A DNA stretch of 64,000 nucleotides. Source: Chiloscyllium plagiosum. Taxonomy: Eukaryota. Both the position numbers and the translations under genes were made by a program. The DNA lies in contig NC_057728.1 in NCBI RefSeq assembly GCF_004010195.1, positions 51,775,444-51,839,443 of the forward strand, written 5' to 3'. The notes under the pieces are model-generated. The model was given only the letters and a program-made list of their open reading frames with translations. It did not search any database and was not told the origin of the DNA. Of the stretch, positions 35,060-47,997 are shown piece by piece (the first letter of the stretch is position 1; each line of letters starts with the position of its first letter).

Positions 35060-37290
35060 CCCTGGAGTATTTGGAGATACAAGAGTTTACAGAAGAAGGA
35101 AATCAGAAGGGCGATAAGGAGGCACAAGACAGTCTTGGCTGAGAAGATGAGGGTGAATTCAAAGAGGTTCTTTAAGCATATTTTTAAGAAAAGAACAATG
35201 AGAGAGAGAATCGGACCCCTCAAGGACCAAAGTGGACATTTTTGTGTAGAACCGCAAGAGGTGGGCAAGGACCTCAATGAATTTTTCTCATCTCTGTTTA
35301 CCATGGAGAAAGACATGAAGACTTGGAACTTGAGGAAGTTAATGGTAACATTGTGGGGACAGTCCATATCACAGTAGAGGAGGTGTTGGACGTATTAGAA
35401 TGTATGATGGTAGATAAATCTCCTGGTCCCTGGTTATTCAATGCCAATTGACTCTCTGCTGCCACACCAAGTTGCATATCCAGCAGCCCCTCGGCCTATG
35501 CCTGGAACACCCTCTACCAGTTCCTCCCCAGCTGCACCATAGTAATCCAAAGAGCAGAGGTGCCTTGACTGATCATTGAGTCAGGGAACAGATTGCAGTG
35601 AACAGTTGGGTCAGTATACTGCCCTGGGCTGAGCATTTCTGGGATCTCCATTGAATGAGAGCCATTGGTCAGTCAGAAATATAGGATTGAGAACATTTTT
35701 TAAAATCTTTCATGGGCTGTTGGTATTACTGACAGGGCCAGCATTTGTTATCCATCATTAATTGTCGTTGAACTGAATGAATTGCTAGGCCATTTTAGAG
35801 GGCAGGTAAGAGTCAACAGCACTGCTGTGGGTCTGAAATCACATGTGGGCCAGATCACATAAGAATGGCATTAAAAGGACATTAGTGAATCAGATGGGTT
35901 TTATGACAATTAACCTCACAGCACCAGAGACCCGTTGACAGTCTGTGTGGAGTTTGCACTTTCTCCCCATGTCTGCACGGGTTTCCGCCAGGTGCTTGGG
36001 TTTCCTACAACAATCCAAAGATTAGGTGGATTGGCTATGCTAAATTGTAGTGTCTAGGGATGTGCAGGTTAGACGGATTAGCCATGGGAAATTGAGGGTT
36101 ACAGAATAGCATGAGAGGTCTGTGTGGGATACTCTTCAGAGGGTGGATGCAGACTGCATAGACCAACTGGTTTTTTCCACACTGTAGGGATTCTGTGATT
36201 CTATAACAATAGCTTCATGGTGGTCATTGGACTAGCTTTTTAATTTTTTTTATTAATTTCAAATTTCAGCACCTGCCAATCTAACCATGGTTGATGGTTG
36301 GTGCTGGGCCCTTTGCTGTTTGCTATCAATATCAATGATTTTGATGAGAATGTACCAGGCACGATTAATAATTTTGCAGATGACACTAAAATAGGCGGTA
36401 TTGTGGACAGTGAGGAAGGTTACCAGAAGTTTCAGCAGGACCGTGACCAGCTGGGGAAGCAGACCGAGAAATGACAAATGAAGTTTAATATGGATAAGCA
36501 TGACGTCTTGCATTTTGGAAAGTCAAATCAAGGTAAGAGTTTCATGGTGAATGGTAGGGCGAAGGGAGTGTCGTGGACCAGAGGGACCTTGGAATTCAGG
36601 TGCCCGGTTCTCTGAAAGTGGAGTTACAGGTAGACAGGGCAGTGAAGAAAGCTTTTGGCAAACTGACCTTCATCAGTCAGGTCATTGAGTATAGAAGTTG
36701 GGAAGTTATGTTGTAGTTGTATAGAATGTTGGTGAGGCTACAGTTGAAGTATTGTGTTCAGTTTTGGTCAACTTGTTATAGGAAGGATATTATTAAACTA
36801 GAAAAGCGTGCTGAAAAAATTTACAAGGATGTCGCCAGGATTCAATGGTCTGAGTTATAAGGAGAGGTTGGACAAACTAGAACTTTTTTCTTTAGAGTGT
36901 AGGAGATTGAGGGGGGATATTAAAGAAGTGTATAAGATCATGGGAGGCATGGATAGAGTGATGCACTCCAACTGTTTCCCAGGGTTGGGGAATCAAGGAC
37001 CAGAGGGCATCAGTTTAAGGTTAGAGGGGAAAGAATGAAAGGGAACCCGAGGAGTAACTTTATTTACACAGAGGGTGGAACGCATATGGAATGAGCTACC
37101 TGCAGAGTGGTTGAGGTGGGTACATTAACAACATTTAAAAGGCATTTGGACAAATACATGAATAGGAAAGGTTTAGAAGGATATGGGCCAAGTGAAGGGA
37201 AATAGGGTGAGTGTGGATGGTCATATTGATAGCATGGACCAGTTTGGGCCAAAGGGTCTGTCTCCATGCTATATGACTCTGTGACTCTTT
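35060..37290 (+). mobile_element. CR1 LINE ORF2 pieces (35060-35430 and 36285-37290) separated by other DNA and nested SINEs
   Basis: KRFFKHI..KR..RERIGPLKDQSG; LGPLLF..; FADDTKIG; KKFTRMSPG; 3' tail ctatatgactct. Confidence 0.88.
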
Positions 37291-38324
37291 GACATGACCA
37301 TCAACCAGGACACGAACCCTCAACATATTGTATTTCTCCTGCCTCTCATTGTCACCGTTCACTCTATAACCAGTATCCTCAGTTCAAACTCCAGGACCGC
37401 ACCCTAGGCAGCACCCACCCACTCTTTAAGATCATCTTTCTCCAATCATTCCCATTTGTAAAGATCCTCTTCTCCTTCCTCTCTTCCCTCCAATAACAGG
37501 ACCACCACATCCATGACACTTTTCCTTTGTAGACTCTTCCTCAATCCTCTGCACATAACTGCACAATCACATTTCCTCCCTGCCTCCGTCCCTCACTTCC
37601 TTGGACATCCACCCTCCATTATTCCCTCTTTACCACCTTCCCTTGCCTCAGAAACCCCCATGACCCCTTGTCTGCAGCCTCTCTCCCTCCCAGAGCCCCC
37701 TAATTGATTGTCGTTTTGCCTGCTGCTACTCAATTCACTCATGGCCTGCCACACAAACAATGCCAGACAAAGAGGAAAGTACAATGGCTATTCACTCCAA
37801 CTCAGCAAATGGATTACCTCACCTGCTGCCTGCTATGTACATGCAGTTGTGAATCTGAAGGCACATTTGCCAATGACTTTATTTGAAAGGGGCGTATAAT
37901 TCTGGTGAAGCTGGATTTAATGATAGGCGGACACATCCAAGAAACCATTGCTCAGGATTCATTCTGCTGCCAGGAACCTAACTTTTGGCCTCCTGCACAA
38001 TTAAGTTCCCATACCCAACAAGCTTTCCCACCCCTGGGTGGAGCACAAGATTTCATCTGCAGAGTTATTTATGGGAGGTCATTCATCCCATTGAGTCCAT
38101 TCTGTCTCTCCTTATAGCAATCCAGGTGTTTTTTTTCTCCTGCTACAAATTTATCACTCTTAAATATTCATCTAATTTCCTTTTGAAATCTTTGATCAAA
38201 ATCACAGTTTCTGGCATTGTCACTTTGATCATTAATCAGTAATCAAAATGTTTTGCAAGGCAACATTGGTAAAACAAAAGGCATTCTTTACAGCTGTCTT
38301 TTTCATTATGGTGACATTGTGCTT

Positions 38325-39535
38325 TTTTTACTCATTCCTGGACGTGGGTATTGCTGCGTCACTCCTGTGTCTTGCCATGCCTAGTTTCCTATGAGCATCC
38401 TTCTTGAACCACTGCAGTCCATTTGCTGTGGGTTGACCCACAACATCCTTAGGGAGGGATTTTCAGGGTTTTGACTCAGCAACACTGAAGGAACAGTGAT
38501 ATATTTCTAAGTCAGGGTGGTGAATGCCTTGAAGGGAGAGTTGTGTGATGGTGTTCCTCTGTCCTTCGATATGGGAGTGTTTATGAATTCAGAAGGTGCT
38601 GTTGAATGAGTCTTGGCGAGTTGTTGCAGTGCATCTTGTAGATGGTACACACTGTTGCAACTGAGTGTCAGTGGAGGAGGGTGTGGATGTTGAAGGTAAT
38701 GGATGTGGTGAGAATCATGTGGCTAGTTTGTCCTGAAACATTCAGCAATGTTAACAAATTCTCAAATGTTGAAGCAGTCCATGCCTGAATGAGCAAGACC
38801 CAGACATCATCCACGCGTGGTCTAATAACTGGCAAGTCATATCCTTGACTGTCAAATTCCAGGCAGTTAACGTCTCCAATTAAAGAGAATCCAGTTATTA
38901 ACCCTTGGCATTCAGTTGTGTTAACATTGCCAAATTCTCCACTTTTAAGATTCTGGGGGATTCCAGAGGCAACTCATCTCCTGTTTCCCCAAAGCCTGTC
39001 CACTATATACAATGTATAAGTCAGAACTGGGATGGAATGCTCCCACCTGTCTGGATGAGTGAAATGCCAAAAACAGTCAAGAAGCTTGATGCCATCCAAG
39101 ACAAAGCAGCTGTTTGTTTGGAACCTCAATCACCATCATCAATGCTCACTCCTTCCACCACCAATTCTCAGTAGTAGCAGTGTGTACCATTTGTAAGCCC
39201 TCAGTGCTGCAACCCACCAAGACTCTTCTGACAGCACCTTTCGAACCTGCAATTCCTACTACCTAGAAGGGCAAGGGCAGTAGATGCATAGGACCGTCAC
39301 CTTCAAATTCCCCTTCAAGCCAAGCACCATCCTAACTTGGAAATGCTTTGCTATTCACTAAATGTCACTGGGTCAAAATCTCAAAACTCCCTCGATAACA
39401 GCATTATAGAGTGCAGTTACACCTCATGGACTGAAGTGGTTCAAGAACGCAGTTTACCATCACCTTCTCAAGGGCAATTAAGGATAGGCATTGAATACTG
39501 ACCCATTGAGTGACACCTACATTCTGTGAAAAAAT
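38325..39535. mobile_element. Two LINE family B 3' fragments in opposite orientation (38325-38720 minus, 38760-39535 plus)
   Basis: KKLDAIQDKAA in the plus copy, which ends in the shared tail caccttctcaagggcaattaaggataggca. The minus copy carries the corresponding 3' region. Confidence 0.75.
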
Positions 39536-40284
39536 TAGAAGAAAAGTATCCTCATACTCATATCTGCTGCCTGGAGGCTGTTTGGTTTTGGTTTTTGTGT
39601 ATTCAGATAAGATCAGGACATACCTCAACATGTTTCTCATTAAATAATATTTATTGACTCAATAGACATATAGATCTTGCCGTAGACACCTCTACCTTAA
39701 GCTTTTCTAGTCCAACCTTCTAGCAGAGTCTCTCTCAAGTGAATAATGAGGTTGCTGTTACATCAGAGCATACTTCAGAGTGTTATCCACCAATTCCTAA
39801 ATCCTATCCCTATTGATGCCACCAACATCTCTGAACCATGTTTGGGCTTTCATTTGACTTCAATATCCTAACCCTAACATCAGTGACACGCAAGTTTATT
39901 ACTTGGCGTCAGGGATCTCAATATGTTAAATAAAATTTCCAAAATTGCATACTTGCCTTTTGAGGGCAGATAGATTGGGTTGGGATATCTGGTCGGCAAG
40001 GATGGGTTGGACCGAACTGTCTGCTTCCATGCTGTACATCTCTATCTATGACTATAACCATGAACACCCCTCACCAACAAAGGCGGCCTCCACTCCCAAT
40101 CTCATGTCCCATCCCTCACCAGCCACCAGCCCAGAAGTGAGAACATGCCGAACTCCGGGCATCCAACTCTCTGATGCCAACTTTCAGACCTGTCCTCCTG
40201 TGCTCCTTCTTCCCACATTGATCAAGAAACAATCCTGCCCACGCACAACTGAAATTCAAGATGAACTTGCTTATTGTGTTTATA

Positions 40285-40650
40285 GAAAAATAGGAATAGG
40301 AAGTAGGCCATTCAAGCATGCTCTGCAATTCAATACGATCATGGCTGAATATGCAACTTGGTACCTTGTTCCTGCTTTGTTCCGGCTCACCACTCCCTGA
40401 TGAAGACGTTTCTTCTCTATCCTAAATGGCCTACCCTGTATCCTTAGACTGTGACCCCTGATTCTGGACTCCTCAGTCATTGGGAATATCCTTCCTGCAT
40501 TATCCTGTTTAATCCTGTTTGAATTTTATAGGTTTCCATGGAATCTCCCCACATTCTGCTAAATTCCAGTGAAGTTACTTCCAACTGATCCAAGCTCTCT
40601 TCTTACTTCAGTCCTGCCACCCTAGGAACCAGTCTGATAAACCTTCGTCA
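40285..40650 (-). mobile_element. CR1 LINE 3' fragment
   Basis: ESRIRGHSLRIQGRPFR plus tail. Confidence 0.85.
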
Positions 40651-42104
40651 CGCTCCTGCAGTGTGTTTATTTTTGCTGCTGTGTCAGGAACATAACAAAG
40701 ATCCCACAGTTTTACTTATTTTTTTATTGGGAATGGCAAAATTATTATGGACAAAGCAAGCTTGAAATAAAAATACGGTTCCAGTTCACTCAACCTCGCG
40801 CTGGTGACTGCATTGCAGACTGGCACTGACTGGATGCAGACCTCGACTGTTCATCAGATGACTGAAAAACATTTCCCAAACACTCCACCATCCCTGCTTT
40901 GCCATCCCATCAGCTGGTGAAACAGCCATTGAACCCCACTGAAGTGCACAGAGGATGACCATCTGTGCGGATGTCTGCCTGGATTGCTACAATTGCCCTT
41001 CACACTCAGCATCCGGTTCCATATAGAGTTCCCGAACACATTGGGTGTAAAACACTGAGTCCCAGTTATCCTCAGCAAGCACAAAGGCAATGTTGTTGGA
41101 GGACCCTTCGCAGGAAGTTACCATTAGACGGGTCATCACAAGATGTGGGCATAAAGTTCGGACTCTGCTGCTTCGCTTTGATGGTATCTAAAAACGCAGC
41201 GAAGAACGTGAGTGATTTGAGGGAGGTGTATGGGAAAAAAAATACCAAATAGAGATTATTACAGCTACATGCAGTGTAATGTAAATCTGCACACACACAC
41301 TCTCTCTTCAGCGATTCCCCAGAACTGAAGTTCATGAGAAAAGAATAAAGTCTCTCATTCAAATTTGCCAGGCCACTCATTATGCAAAGTGTGAATGAGG
41401 GCTCTGTTTAAGCAGCAAAACATTTGCCTTCAGAGTGCGTCGTTGGGTTCACAGTCTCTGAGGCTGTCCTTTCAGGGAGAAAAAAATTAGCTCAGTTGGC
41501 TAAATCCTGATTTAACTATTTCCCATTTAATCCTGTCCCCATCACACAGAACAATCCTCTGATAAGAACAGCAGTGTTTCTGCACTGACCCAGCACGTAA
41601 AGTAGGATTTTCAGTCCAAACCTTTTCAGCTTGGTTGTTTGAGCATAATACCACTCTTCTAACGTACAGTTAGAATTAAATTTAATAAAAACCAAACAGG
41701 TGCCATTTTCTCCTAGCAATGGCCTCTCCAATAATTTTCTTGTTTTATTTTAAGGCTGATTTCCGGGAATGCTAAGTTAATTTGACGTACAGTTTTAATT
41801 TCAATACATTGCTTGCCATGAAACCTGACCATCATAAGTCCCTCCAAGACACGACAAACCGCAGAAACGCAGTCACATAGGCATGAAATAAATAATCCCT
41901 GGTGCTGGACTGCAGCAGTTCCCACAGTCATATTGCTGGCTGATGTTGATTCCCCAGGTCATGGATGAAGAATTGATTTGGGAGGGAGGGTCTGGGTGAC
42001 TAGAACAGAGAGATTTGGGTGAAACTTGGATCAAAAAAGATGCACAATCACCAATTGTCTGATTAAGCCATTAATTTACATCTCATTTGAATAGCAATAA
42101 TTAC

Positions 42105-42520
42105 AATTTATATTTATATAGCACCTTGAATGTAAAATGTCCTACCTTAGGCACTTCACAGGAACATTATAAAACAAATTGTGACACATGAAGAGGTACT
42201 AGATTCAATTGAACAAATGCTTGGTGAGAGATGGGTTTTTAAAAGTATCTTAAAGGAGGAGACAGACAGAGGCAGAGAGGTATAGGGAGGTAATTCCAGA
42301 GTTTAAAGTCTAAGCAACAGGAAATGCCAATGATGAAGCAATTGGACATGTGCAGGAGGCCAGAATTAGAGAGTGCAGAGACCCAAGAGAGTTATGACAC
42401 TTGGAGGAGATTACCAAGAAAGGGAGAGGGGAGGCCGACAGGGTGAAAGTGTTAAAATCACGTGGAGCCAATATAGGACAGCAAGCATAGGGATGATAGC
42501 AAATTGGAACTTAGTGCGAC
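42105..42520 (-). mobile_element. L2-clade LINE 3' fragment
   Basis: 3' end ggtgctatataaat on the minus strand. Homologous to 62750-63290. Confidence 0.7.
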
Positions 42521-42724
42521 CAAATTTAATCACTTGCAATGAGTCTTTTACTGTTAATGGGGAAGCCAGCAAGGGTGTTTCACTGCGCTGATGGTGGGAA
42601 AAAGGACCAGAAATGATGGAAATTACAACAAAGTGGTTCTGAAAATGTGATGAATGATCCAATCACTCGAGAGATTTTATGTTTTTTTTCCAGGACAATG
42701 AGTGAAAGTGAAGAGACACATCAA

Positions 42725-42820
42725 TAAATGTAGGGGGGGTGGGTTGCTTTTCGGAGGGTCAGTGTGGACTTGTTGGGCCGAAGGGCCTGTTTCCACACTG
42801 TAAATAATCTAATCTAATCC
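42725..42820 (+). mobile_element. HE1 SINE 3' fragment
   Basis: ggacttgttgggccgaagggcctgtttccacactgtaaa(taatc)n. Confidence 0.88.
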
Positions 42821-43003
42821 AAGTGGTTAAGGTTGTAAAGAACAAATAAAGGAGAAACTGTGCCATTGTTGTACATTGCACGTAATTTGATTAATTGTAA
42901 ATGTGGGTGATTTAAATGGCAGTGGAAAATAGATTAAATATATCATGGATGATTTGGTACTGGGCAAAAGAAAAAGCCATTTTGATAAAACAGAAACCGA
43001 GGG

Positions 43004-43108
43004 TGGGCTGCTGTGGTGCAGTGGTAGTGTCCCCACCTCTAAGCCTGGGTTCAAGTCCCATCTGCTCCAAAGGTGGTGTGCTAACATTTCTGAATGGGTT
43101 GATTAAAG
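43004..43108 (+). mobile_element. Short (about 100 bp) tRNA-derived SINE
   Basis: A box tggtgcagtgg and B box gggttcaagtcc. Diverged copies at about 22040-22155(-) and 25965-26070(-). No full tRNA cloverleaf. Confidence 0.6.
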
Positions 43109-43699
43109 GAGAAACTGAGTTGTCGGTAACAAAGGGACAGAGATTTAAAGTAATTAGCAAAACAATGTAATGTGTTGTTTACACAATGAAAATTGCTGTG
43201 ATCTGGGAATTTGCAGTATGAACGGGAAATGGAATCAAATTCAGTAGCGATTTTCAAAAAGGATTGCAATAAATTCTTAGAAAGGGAAGATTGGCATGAG
43301 CCAGGGCAATGGGAATAATTGAAAAGCATTTTCAAGGGGCTGGCACAGACACAATAGGACAAATGGCCTCTTTCTAAGCTGTTCCATATTGTGGTTCCAA
43401 TAACAGCGCTAATCCCTGGAGAGATTCACATGTCACGTGAAGTAGACATGTATGAAGCTGGTATCCAGTCAAATTTGTTCAATTGATTGGCAAAGGTCCA
43501 CAAAAAGGAAAAATCAATGTTTCCAAAGTTTGTTTGTTTTAGCTGGGACAATGTATGTGCCATTTGATATGATTAGATCTTTTGACAGATGATACAAAAC
43601 CAAAACTCCAAATGATAAGTCTGAATAGAGGAATGGCAATGGCCAACAGAAGCAAAAACGTAAGGTCTTACAGCACATCAATTGTTGCTTTGATCAACT

Positions 43700-44085
43700 T
43701 CCAGACCATCAGGGAAGACAACCTTCCATCCATGGATGCCATTTACACAGTTCGCTGCTGTAGAAAGGCTACCAAAATCATCATCGCATCCCAGTAAGGA
43801 TCTCCAACAACCTCTTCCATCATGCTTGAACACACACACCAGCAGTTTGAGGGACAGCTTCTTCCCGGCTGTTATTAGACTGACAAATGGACTCTCTAAT
43901 TTCAAATAATGCTGATCTTGCTAATGATGACCTCATCTAGAGCACGCCCTGTGCAATGTAACCTGTATGCCTCTGTCTAAGTCAGTTTGATCTGTACATC
44001 CCTGTTTACTGTGTTCTGCTTGTGCTCATGAACAAAGCTTTTCACTGTATCTCGGTAAGCATGACAATAAATCAATCAATCAATC
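43700..44085 (+). mobile_element. Rex1/Babar LINE 3' end
   Basis: LPSMDAIYTVRCCRKATKII...TSSLRDSFFPAVIRL, followed by a tail aataaa(tcaa)n. Confidence 0.8.
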
Positions 44086-46231
44086 TTTGGCCCATCTGTT
44101 AAAGCAAGCAACAGAACCAGAATGCCTTCACACAGGTTTCTTCCACCTCCCACACCCCTACCCCCACCACACAGTATGTGATTAGTCTATTTCGCCTTTC
44201 TACACACCATCTCCTTCCAGTTGAAACTGACCTTAAACATGACTAGACAGATTGAGATACGTTCAGATATTTCTAACCAAACCTTCTTATCAGTTACTCT
44301 TAATTACAACTGGAGCATACACCTGGACACACTCCATTTGCAACATTAGCAATGACATCAGGCCTGATGAAGGAGATGCATGTAATTGGGATATATATGG
44401 ACAAAGTATAAAATAGCGACCCCTCTAATTGGTCAACAATTAAACACAACGTTTATGAGTGTGACTAACACCAATGAGCTCTGTGTGAGTCTTAAAAATA
44501 GCTGAGAGTCTGACTGATTCAACATTTTATTCCTTCCTTCAGTCAATGAACCTATCATTAAATTGGCAAGACACTGTACATGCTTGTTCATTATTGCTTA
44601 AATAACACATGCCAAGAATAGTTTAGGAATGAGAGATAGCCAAAGTGCCAAGTTGGAATTTAATACACCATTCTTCATTGTTACAGATATTATTGGTCAT
44701 GGAAAATCAGTTTTAGGAAATAAAAGGTCCCATTTGTCCCCTTTCACTAAGCCAGAGACCTCTGCAGATATGGTTCGCAGTACCCTCAGCGATTGTTGGA
44801 CACATCCTGAAACAGATTTATTTTTGTTCCACATAAATATTCTGATGGCCTCTTCAATCAAAAGACTGATTATTAATTTGACTCATTCCATGTGTGATAA
44901 ATATAGCACAACATTCAAAGAACTCTTAACCAGGGTGTCCAGTATGCTACTGAACTGTGCCAGCAATGAACACCATGCAAGCAAAGGGCACCTCTCGCCT
45001 GCATCTTCCAACATGTAGTCACACAGAGGTTGTATTTGTATATGTTGGAACTATTTCAACTCAAGTGCCTTAAAAGGTATATGTGGGAGACCCCTGTGGA
45101 AGGTCTACTCCCACGATGTGATCTCGATCCCTATCTGTTCAGGATCTGAAGATTCATCAGTCCCTGCTAAATGAAGCCAATGAGTTGAGGTGTTCTCAGG
45201 AGGAGCTTCCTCTTCCTACACCCATTGCTCCTTGGAGTCTGGGCCTGGAACTCCCGGCCTTGACTGTGCAGTTCCTACTGGTTCGTTACTACTTTAATGG
45301 AAGGATTTCCCACAGATCCCACATGCTTCATGGGGTTAGCACCAGAGGTCCGGGAAAACAGAGCCAAAGACCTACAGCTCTATTAAGTTCTAAAGCCTGA
45401 ATGATAGCAAGTGATTTTACGGTGCTGCTGTAAATTAATCCCCTCACATAAAAAGGAGTAGCGTGAGAAACCTCAATAAAACAAAGGCTGACCTTTGACC
45501 CCAACTCCAATTTCCCAACAAATCCCGAAATCCCAAACCACACCATTCTCTGTTTTGAAAATGCTCAATGACTAAGAATCCCCAGCCCTCTGTGGTAATT
45601 AAGTTCTAAAGATGCAAAACGTTCTGTGCATTTAAATGTCTACTCTCCGACTTTCATTTTTCATGTTGTTGTGTGGACATTTGAGGCCTGCATTGAAGTA
45701 GTGACTTCCAGAATCGGAAATCAATGGGAGTGAACACCAATATGTGTATGGGTACTCTCCTCAGTCCGAAGTGATCGACACCTTATCCTAAGACAAGGTA
45801 CCCTTTGTTCAGCTGGGGGAATCATCCTCTCAGAATCTAACTTGTCAAATTCACTAAAAATTTAACCTGTTTCATTGAGATTGTCTCTCATTCGTTACAG
45901 CGTGCACAGCTAAATTCCCGCAAGGCAGCAGGTTGCCAATTAAGCGATGTCATTGCTTCTTAAGAGCTTTGTTGATGATCCAATTCACCTCATTAATATT
46001 CAGCTTTCTACCCTACCAAATGTGCCAAACAAGCCATGCATTGAGAAAACTCAACGTGGAAATGAGAACAGCTACCTGGTGATTTTAGTTTGCCACTTGC
46101 TCTGATTGACCTCCGTGTTGGACACCGGGCACCAGTGTCTCAGGACACACTCCATGGGCACTTACCACACACACAGATCCCATGTCCATGGACATTGGCA
46201 TCTGATAAATGCCAGCCTCTATGAAAGTAGA

Positions 46232-46716
46232 CAAGCAGTAGGCTGGAAGAATACAGCAAGCCAGGCAGCATCAGGAGGTGGAGAAGTTCAACATTTCGGG
46301 TGTAGCCCTTCTTCAGAACTGGGAGTGGGTGTTAGGGGAGCTGCAGATAAAGGGTGGATGTGAAATTGGAGAACTCAATGTTGAGTCATCTGGGCTGCAG
46401 GCTGTACAGGCGGACGATGAGGTGTTGTTCCTCCAATTTGCGATCTGATTCACTGTGGATATGGAGGAGGCCAAGGATGGTCATTTTGGAAAGGATACGG
46501 GAAGAGGAATTAAAATGGGAGGTGACTGGGAGGTCAGGTCGGTCCCTGTGGGCCTGGCTGAGATGCTCGCTGAAACGTGCCCTCAGTTTATGTTTGGCTT
46601 CCCCGATGTAGAGAAGACCGCATCAGGAGCACCGGATACAGTAATATAAGTTGGTGGAGAGGCAGATGAACCTCTGGAAGAACTGTTTGGGGCCTTGGAT
46701 GGAGGTGAGGTAATAA
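46232..46716 (-). mobile_element. Penelope-like element: GIY-YIG endonuclease remnant and pseudo-LTR
   Basis: Minus-strand translation ...NLYYCIRCS*CGLLYIGEAKHKLRARFSEHL...PVTSHFNS...RKLEEQHLI..., followed by the hammerhead-like ctgaagaagggctacacccgaaatg. Confidence 0.88.
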
Positions 46717-47271
46717 CCCTCATGGCACATCCACTTTTTGGACTTTGCCCCCTCAGCCAGAGATTTAGCACAGACACAAAGCTGGAAACCTGTCAGGACT
46801 GCCAACAAGCCTCAGTCAAGTCAAGGAGGATAGCTTTTGCTCAGGAGGTCCCAGGCACAATAAGTCAAGGACAGTCTGCTACACCAGTCCAGGGGTTTGG
46901 ACATGGTGAGTCAGCCACTCAGGACGGACAGAGTTAGGATCCCTTCCAGATAAGGTGAATGTCAGGCAGCCCAAAGCCCATCCTGATTCTATTTGCCCCA
47001 CTGGGGATCACTTCTGGAACAAGAGAGAGGCAGGTATTAAAGGAGATGAAAGTGATTGCCACAGCTGGTATATTTGGTGTTCTGAGGAAGCAAGTTGGCA
47101 ATGCAGAGGGTGCGCAGGGTTAGAGACACTGAGAGTTAGGGTTGGCAAGACCAAGTAGGGAAGGTGTCACAGGCAGTAGTGAGAGTGATAGAGCGATGAA
47201 CCTTGGTGGGAGATGGATACAATAGTGGAGATCTGGTGAGTGCAAGGTGCCAGACAGAAGATGATGGAACT

Positions 47272-47495
47272 AGCCTAGCAGAGTGGAGAGAGTAGTTGAC
47301 CTTCTTCCTAGTGCGAGGTATTTCTCTGAATGACTGAGACTGCACTGACCCAGGTCGTGACCTCAAAAAGCCAGGCTGGCATAGTCAGGTGTGATGGGCC
47401 AGCATTGCTGGTTGTGGGGAATGAAGAAGTTCACCCTCTGAAAAACGCCAGCTACCAGGACCTCGAGGCCCTTGCCCACACAGTGGGACATCAAT
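47272..47495 (-). mobile_element. PIF/Harbinger Myb/SANT-like accessory ORF relic
   Basis: Frameshifted translation LEVLVAGVFQR...PAW.EVTTWVSAVSVIQRN...RKKVN.SLHSAR fits the Myb/SANT (trihelix) pattern of Harbinger DNA-binding proteins. Confidence 0.6.
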
Positions 47496-47997
47496 TTGCC
47501 CCATCTGCCATGTCCAGGGCACATATCAAGAACCGTACTGGAAAGCAGTGTTTTCTGGTGCACAACAGGCATTTAAAGATGGTATGGGCCAAGGATGTCA
47601 GTGTATTCCAGGATACACTCGGAAAGGCAAGTTGTCATGGGAAGATGCAGCTGAAATCGATAGTGGCATGCCAGGAGGGTGTGGTAGGTAATTAATGTGG
47701 TGGGTTTGGTAAGATACAGCAAAATGTCCTGCTAGGCCTTATGGCAAGAAACCCTCCAAAAAACTCAATGTAACTCAGACTTAGCTAAAAAATTGAAAGA
47801 GTCAGCCCTTCATCTCTCTATCTCCCCTTGTGTGCACTGAATCTTGATTGCAGTCAGTCAGTCTGTCTGTTTGCCAATCTGTCTCTCTCCATATATCCAT
47901 ATCTATGTTTGTCCCTCTCTTCTCTTCTTTGCATCCTTCTCTCTGTCCATCTATCATCTTTTCTTTCAGTCTATCCAACTCAATCTCTCTTTCCCCA

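Noticed and set aside
44629..45018. 129-aa plus-strand ORF, and a minus-strand acceptor near 44808 as an alternative RFX4 last exon
   Set aside because: No recognisable homology. Splicing from the penultimate RFX4 exon would add only DVSNNR*, and ORFs of this size arise by chance.
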